Positions 61,801 through 64,000 of a stretch of DNA of 64,000 bases are shown one piece after another. Source of the DNA: an uncultured Candidatus Saccharibacteria bacterium (GTDB lineage Bacteria > Patescibacteriota > Minisyncoccia > Phycocordibacterales > JACOZG01); NCBI GenBank assembly GCA_964648765.1, contig CAZYLF010000001.1, positions 229,797 to 293,796 of the forward strand. Direction: 5' to 3'. A program made the translations under genes and the position numbers. The notes below the pieces were generated by a model. The model did no database searches. It was given only the letters and a program-made list of their open reading frames with translations, and was not told the origin of the DNA. Position 1 is the stretch's first letter. Each line of letters opens with the position of its first letter.

Positions 61801-64000
61801 AGCAAGTACCCCAGCAATCGATCCAACGGTTACAATTAAGAACAATTTATACCGCTTACCCAACACTGGCTCAAATATCAAACCATTTATAATTGATCCA
61901 AATTCTCCACCAGTTAATACTCCAGTTGGGAGCTATACTTTGTCGGAATTCCAAACTCAATTCGGTCAAGATTTAGCCAGTAGCTATGGTGATCCACTTT
62001 TTGTTAATTCTAGTTTGCCACTTGGTTCTGATGATTTGATCGGTACGACAGATGACGGCTTGATTATTTCTACAGCTCAAAGTCCAGCAATAAATCAAGG
62101 TGTTTCATTCTCCGGTGTTGAATTATTTAATCGAGACATATTGGATACAATTAGACCACAGGGTGCCGCTTACGATCTAGGAGCTTATGAATTTACTGGC
62201 TCTACTCCTAATCCAAGCACCTTTACCATCTCCATCACTAAACAAGGTACCGGTACTGGCACAGTAGCCGGCGGTGGAATAAATTGTGGCAACACCTGCT
62301 CAGCAACTTTAAATTCTGGGGCGAGTGTCGATCTTTTGGCTACACCTACACTTGGCCATACCTTTGCCGGCTGGAGCGGAGCAGTAACAGGTACGACCAA
62401 TCCAATCACGGTCACGATGAACGGTAACAAAGATGTTACAGCTACCTTTAATCTCACAACTCAAGATCCAGCGCCAACTGTTACTAATGCTACTTCCCCA
62501 TCATTTACTTTACCCGCTCAAGCGGTTTTGAATGTCACAACAAGCGAGAATGCTAATTGCAAATGGTCAGCTAACCAAACTGCCACTTACGCACAGATGA
62601 CCGATTTCCTTACCACTGGAAATATTTCCCACGCGCATTCACTGGGCGTTTTGGCTGGTTCTGTTTCTCCTGGTACCCCTTATACTTACTACGCACTCTG
62701 CCAAGATGGAACTGGTAATATTAGTACCCCAACCACCGCAATAACTTTTAATGTTATTTCTGCCACAGTTCAGACCAATCAACCCCCAACCGTCAATGCA
62801 GGATCAGATAATTCCATTACTCTTCCTACTAACTCTTATAGTTTAAATGCCACAGTTAGCGATGATGGATTACCTGCTTCGCCTGGCCTTGTCACAACTA
62901 GTTGGAGTCGAGTAAGCGGACCCACCAATGTCACGTTTGCTAATGCGGGCGCGGTGGATACAACCGTGAGTGGCTTAACTAATACTACGGCACCGTATGT
63001 ACTTCGATTATCGGCTGATGATGATGGCGCTGGACCCAACGCGGCGGTAATTGACGATATACAGATTACTGTCAATCCAGCTGTTGTGGTAGACAACACC
63101 CCACCTACAATTCTTAGCTCCTCACCAAGTGGCACACTTGCGGTGGGCACTACTCAAGTAACGATGCAAGTAGTAACGGATGAGAACGCCACTTGTAAAT
63201 GGGGCACTGCTTCAAACACCTATACTGGATTGCCAAACACATTCACCACCACCGGCACCACCAATCATTCACAAACCTTATCTGGTCTCATTCCAAACAG
63301 TTACACCAGGTACGTGCGTTGCCGCGACCTTTCTGCCAACTTAAACTTCAACACTACTGACACTGTAATCACCTTCACCATCCCAAATAATCCAGATACC
63401 ACTGATCCATCAGTGCCGGTAAATGTGCAAGCATCGGCTAATTCTTCTACTCAAATTAATGTGACTTGGGATGCTTCCACCGACGTGTCGCCAGCCGGGC
63501 AAGCAAGTTCTGGTGTGGCGGGTTATCGCGTGTACCGTTTACCAGACACCACTAACCCAGTTGGTTCACCTACCACTAATTCATTCTCCCACACCGGTTT
63601 AAGTCCTAACACTTCCCATCAATATCGCGTCTCAGCAATTGATAATGCGGGTAATGTTTCTAATCTTTCAATCGCGTCTGCTTCAGTAACTACACCAAAT
63701 CTCCCAGATACTGCAGCACCAAATATTACCAACACCACTCAAGCCACCTTCCCGGCGCCTACAACACAGGTGGCAGTGAGCGTGACCACCAACGAGCCTG
63801 CCACTTGTCGCATTGGCACAAGTGATGTTGCCTTCGGTTCATTACCAGCAAATTCTATGACGGCTGGAGCGGTCTCCAATAATTTTTACCCCCACCAATC
63901 AGCATTAATTTCTGGTCTAACACCAAACACGAATCATACACGTTATATTCGTTGCCAGGATTCTGTTCTTAACACTAATCAAGCAGGTGTCCGTGTAGAC
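52811..64000 (+). CDS. Giant multidomain surface protein (>3,730 aa, continues past window end)
   Basis: ATG 8 nt after TGtTATAAT; frame checked open at several points and at the end, and the track lists no terminated ORF in this frame. Domains: DNRLRE-like, SBBP propeller, SdiA-regulated-like propeller, Fn3 x3, PKD-like, two beta-helix modules ending DIGAYE/DLGAYE, Ig-like, InlB-B-like and SH3-like repeats. Confidence 0.88.
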   Translation, partial: MPKYSLGAKLILVGIFFYSAYAGSTIYEAYLNSDFLGNLKLTAQTYTPPPSTLNAVADTQVRQGVSTNSNANLEYAISNDSSAGNRQTYLKFDLSNISGTISSAKLKVYVINTDAKPITVSSVANDAWQESTMVWNTKPAPVTSLGTLDVSTINSYSTEFDVTNFVKSAENLSDKLVSFSLSYPTADNTAKPFVAINPKEKGNGAQLIITYNSVTTTTPPPTAPVTQSTQTTQTTQTTQNQTGVGALAAAAPETYNLTFSNIFGGSADDQTRDVAYDSAGNIYAVGGSTAPGFVATGSVFDTSHNGNMDAFLVKLNSSGQVLWSTFIGGPNYDRAYAVEVDSAGNVFVAGRSGAGFPTTFGPGFLNQNINGPGYDANPYGHQNAFLAKFDSSGQRLWARYNQKTGNEVGLFRDIALDSNGNIYGVTTGYGLFKFKADGTNDWDLPLKGNGSINMNVPSVRVDGQNNIYVSGGTNSTSGLTVGGYQSTNGGGSADIYLAKVNSNGSVVWGTYVGGTGEEFGETHNLAVDPQRNIYLAYSTRSNDLIPASATLDATSYDVNFGGGADGFIAKIDTNGNLKGATYLGGSDVEEFQGVDTDSAGNVYVSGKSKSNLSLNNPLFPAKPSSVGNEDIIFAKFSSDLGSLVFGTYFGGSTSESGRSLDVHTSGAVAVGGQNSASGNSGVVLGYVQGSAPTGDQTPPTLSNLLPSGTIAALPLPILSVTTNEAATCRWSTTANASFSNMNAMTALGNVHTSLGLSGLLAGSSYNRYVRCQDTSANQNMSAESTITFTISITVGGSLPQCVAAANHDLPATGTSIGSGLPSNFEGSGVEWHSVRNSFFLVHDGGTLFERRADGTAVAQWSIGGDLEGVTVADPNSNFIYVGVEDPDSIREINLINGQVTRTFDLTPWMTGAANSGLEAITFAPIAGHPEGGIFYAGLQADGDIYAFSLPIKSSATSVTVTSLNDPLNPTNYYKITGNSTNTDIAGMDYDSSIDVLYVLYDSNNLLQALNTKRAAVSGATYGSVIEFWDWNTTDDREGIDIHNCQLYVTTDHAGAPKGDFLYFPFAGCIASCSAPAGDTTDPTTPGTPTATVVSSSQINLSWGASTDAVGVTGYRIYLNGTANPANLLTTVTGLSYSHTGLAASTVHTYRVTAIDAAGNESAFAGPVSATTQAPPTNVSCPQGSLASRCSGVAPLGVFFDATNLTFNGVARPFHDLEYEWNFGDLASGNWSTNGKSKNIAYGAVAAHVFESVGTFNVNLKVRNGTSILHDQNYPISVGSFLALPSAQTMCLSNSGIDTSCAPSAIAENNFDEAFDWLFQSDGPRRVLVKEGETFSNLVPRAGSTQISDRTGPFILGTYGSGAKPVVNMLHNSWLQLSNTTKDVVFDNIEFKGKYNMTSAPATFTGDNRLSTDGEHVLFQGLKVSGMNYGISWGGKNVFIHDSVVELQHDYNVFGSGDNFSAQGLRLGSVANESNMRNTSARKAVYSHNIFKPTIHYVRFETNFRLHGSDQPGKNTRYVIISDNEFTRNPGIGNVGGGPNVGPGNGSNPDGSIPREVVDDVIVERNMMRITTSEGTMNAMDVCTMNNLTIRNNIFSGPHNGGVGLCSSTYPGWDRGATRVDVYNNTMSASGDPRFIAVGNFGTGPTTWNIRNNIANIPSATQVSINSRRMAVDNINESNNIWFKAGQYLAEIPVDNIPTPVTYSWSKVAGSGTVQFSSSNIVNPSVTISTPGQYLLRLTSTDGSRTASDDVFIDYLSAANPTTKFNIGAPISVSVPTATVYSSASASSALGTQNNGAPGLVISGPVTNASGTWWEVDFNNGVDGWVDGAVIKMRKSHIVNPSNADPLLDITRQGDISTQTGQISLDPTVVERFSLTTWKSCAVGHACKGQNSFNSDPNIDPTNFSLTSSSVAAINTGTSMPVWKDFASNVRPFSNTNYDIGAYESGSTVSPTTYTINATAGSNGFISPSGSVSVNSGASQTFIFTPLNSSFQVATVTVNGSLVPNPGASYTFNNVTSNGQTINVTFAPVSVVDLLPPVVSLTNPSAGAIVEGVVNLSADATDDVGVLDVQFRVDGVNLGNPVIGINPYIKSWDTTALANNSQHIITAVARDASGKSTTSLPITVTVNRAPPVVISAMTATTFIPPTPAMLAVTAADVTGPVTCRFSNVANTSFAQMPIGNTLTANGITHSYNFGTSLAAGNYIYYVRCQDSAVPPNANTQDLTISFTVGTTQTNDTAAPSVPQNLSATAISSSQITLNWTASTDNTAVTGYRIFRGTDLINPVATSTGTGVTFTDSGLQASTQYIYRIAAIDAANNQSTLSAQASATTQAPPAGGTTYSLSLISDDSGSITPNPPQSEYTPGAVVTLTATPAFGYQFTGWTGALTGTTNPATLTMDANKTVTASFVLVGNGNYQIGDRIKVVDGPTVIFDVISSASNSQGSQYTSSPGTIIGGPATAANGSVFWQTDFDINPDGWVDQSDTILSPQSNDALAPYVEVRRFTPEDVSGTITFTADVLDPVLSNETTSGIAGVRFIVDGQMIGAEDTFAPYQISWNSRSLSNGYHVVTAISRDNARNTRRAPPTVIHIVNPTTPKEIYYISNTGSDTNDGLHPTQVGPGQGPWQTIAKVQTNMGNPGTKFLFKRGGVYPVTAMVSNDPGLIRITHVRDLSFSSYYNSDGSDDPSLPRPVIKGDGTKHIFGYYYGGVGVNGRRTQNDLNYLIENLRLENPIGNNSGGGMRLNNDPFVLGTLTMRNLEIVGGNVAMVVTGTQRYILENSIIHDTWSGPFAGGAGDSIIRNNKFYACGLEPTATQGSGLHQHCIYATANPESFNLLIENNSFESSPLSPGVIVVSRVKEGNYIRNNHIYSSFASDYGIGIAPGGTSGSEVNIQHFRDIEISGNFVTGNGDAISLGGVSDVRVFNNILNDQQNRLSFSLDFANTINKYVRFFNNTIYNFGGDNSGAPIIRVDGSVSTAGERRSTYVQVVNNVIFANRPKIFHYKASTPAIDPTVTIKNNLYRLPNTGSNIKPFIIDPNSPPVNTPVGSYTLSEFQTQFGQDLASSYGDPLFVNSSLPLGSDDLIGTTDDGLIISTAQSPAINQGVSFSGVELFNRDILDTIRPQGAAYDLGAYEFTGSTPNPSTFTISITKQGTGTGTVAGGGINCGNTCSATLNSGASVDLLATPTLGHTFAGWSGAVTGTTNPITVTMNGNKDVTATFNLTTQDPAPTVTNATSPSFTLPAQAVLNVTTSENANCKWSANQTATYAQMTDFLTTGNISHAHSLGVLAGSVSPGTPYTYYALCQDGTGNISTPTTAITFNVISATVQTNQPPTVNAGSDNSITLPTNSYSLNATVSDDGLPASPGLVTTSWSRVSGPTNVTFANAGAVDTTVSGLTNTTAPYVLRLSADDDGAGPNAAVIDDIQITVNPAVVVDNTPPTILSSSPSGTLAVGTTQVTMQVVTDENATCKWGTASNTYTGLPNTFTTTGTTNHSQTLSGLIPNSYTRYVRCRDLSANLNFNTTDTVITFTIPNNPDTTDPSVPVNVQASANSSTQINVTWDASTDVSPAGQASSGVAGYRVYRLPDTTNPVGSPTTNSFSHTGLSPNTSHQYRVSAIDNAGNVSNLSIASASVTTPNLPDTAAPNITNTTQATFPAPTTQVAVSVTTNEPATCRIGTSDVAFGSLPANSMTAGAVSNNFYPHQSALISGLTPNTNHTRYIRCQDSVLNTNQAGVRVD

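Noticed and set aside
53134-63150. Many short ORFs listed in the track
   Set aside because: Shadow frames of the giant + strand ORF.
1-64000. Alternative genetic code (TGA recoding)
   Set aside because: Conserved genes translate full-length under code 11 and several end at TGA at expected positions.

Overview
Chromosomal window from a small-genome bacterium, most likely Patescibacteria/CPR (Parcubacteria-like). This is inferred from gene content, the typical hypothetical families and widespread leaderless starts; the code is standard 11, with TGA used as stop. Housekeeping genes (ftsEX, pyrG, metK with a SAM-I riboswitch, obgE, a UvrD-nuclease fusion, rnj, secG) are interleaved with monocistronic orphan genes that carry their own promoter, strong SD and GC-rich terminator. 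The main feature is a ~9.2 kb integrative element (16872-26115) inserted at the 3' end of tRNA-Gln(CTG). It encodes a large serine recombinase, a primase-ATPase replication module and cargo genes. The attP site appears to lie inside the recombinase gene: the integrated protein ends in a tail read antisense through the tRNA, while a different in-frame 29-codon tail sits at the far end of the island and would be rejoined on excision. Other observations: a tRNA-mirroring palindromic trailer at the left junction, two analogous structured leader RNAs in the island, a sigma70-DnaA domain IV fusion, 21-nt palindromes inserted in-frame into core genes, duplicated promoters/terminators in cassette-like arrays, and a giant (>3,730 aa) surface protein that runs off the right edge and is missing from the ORF track. 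All assignments come from motif recognition by eye; no database searches were run.
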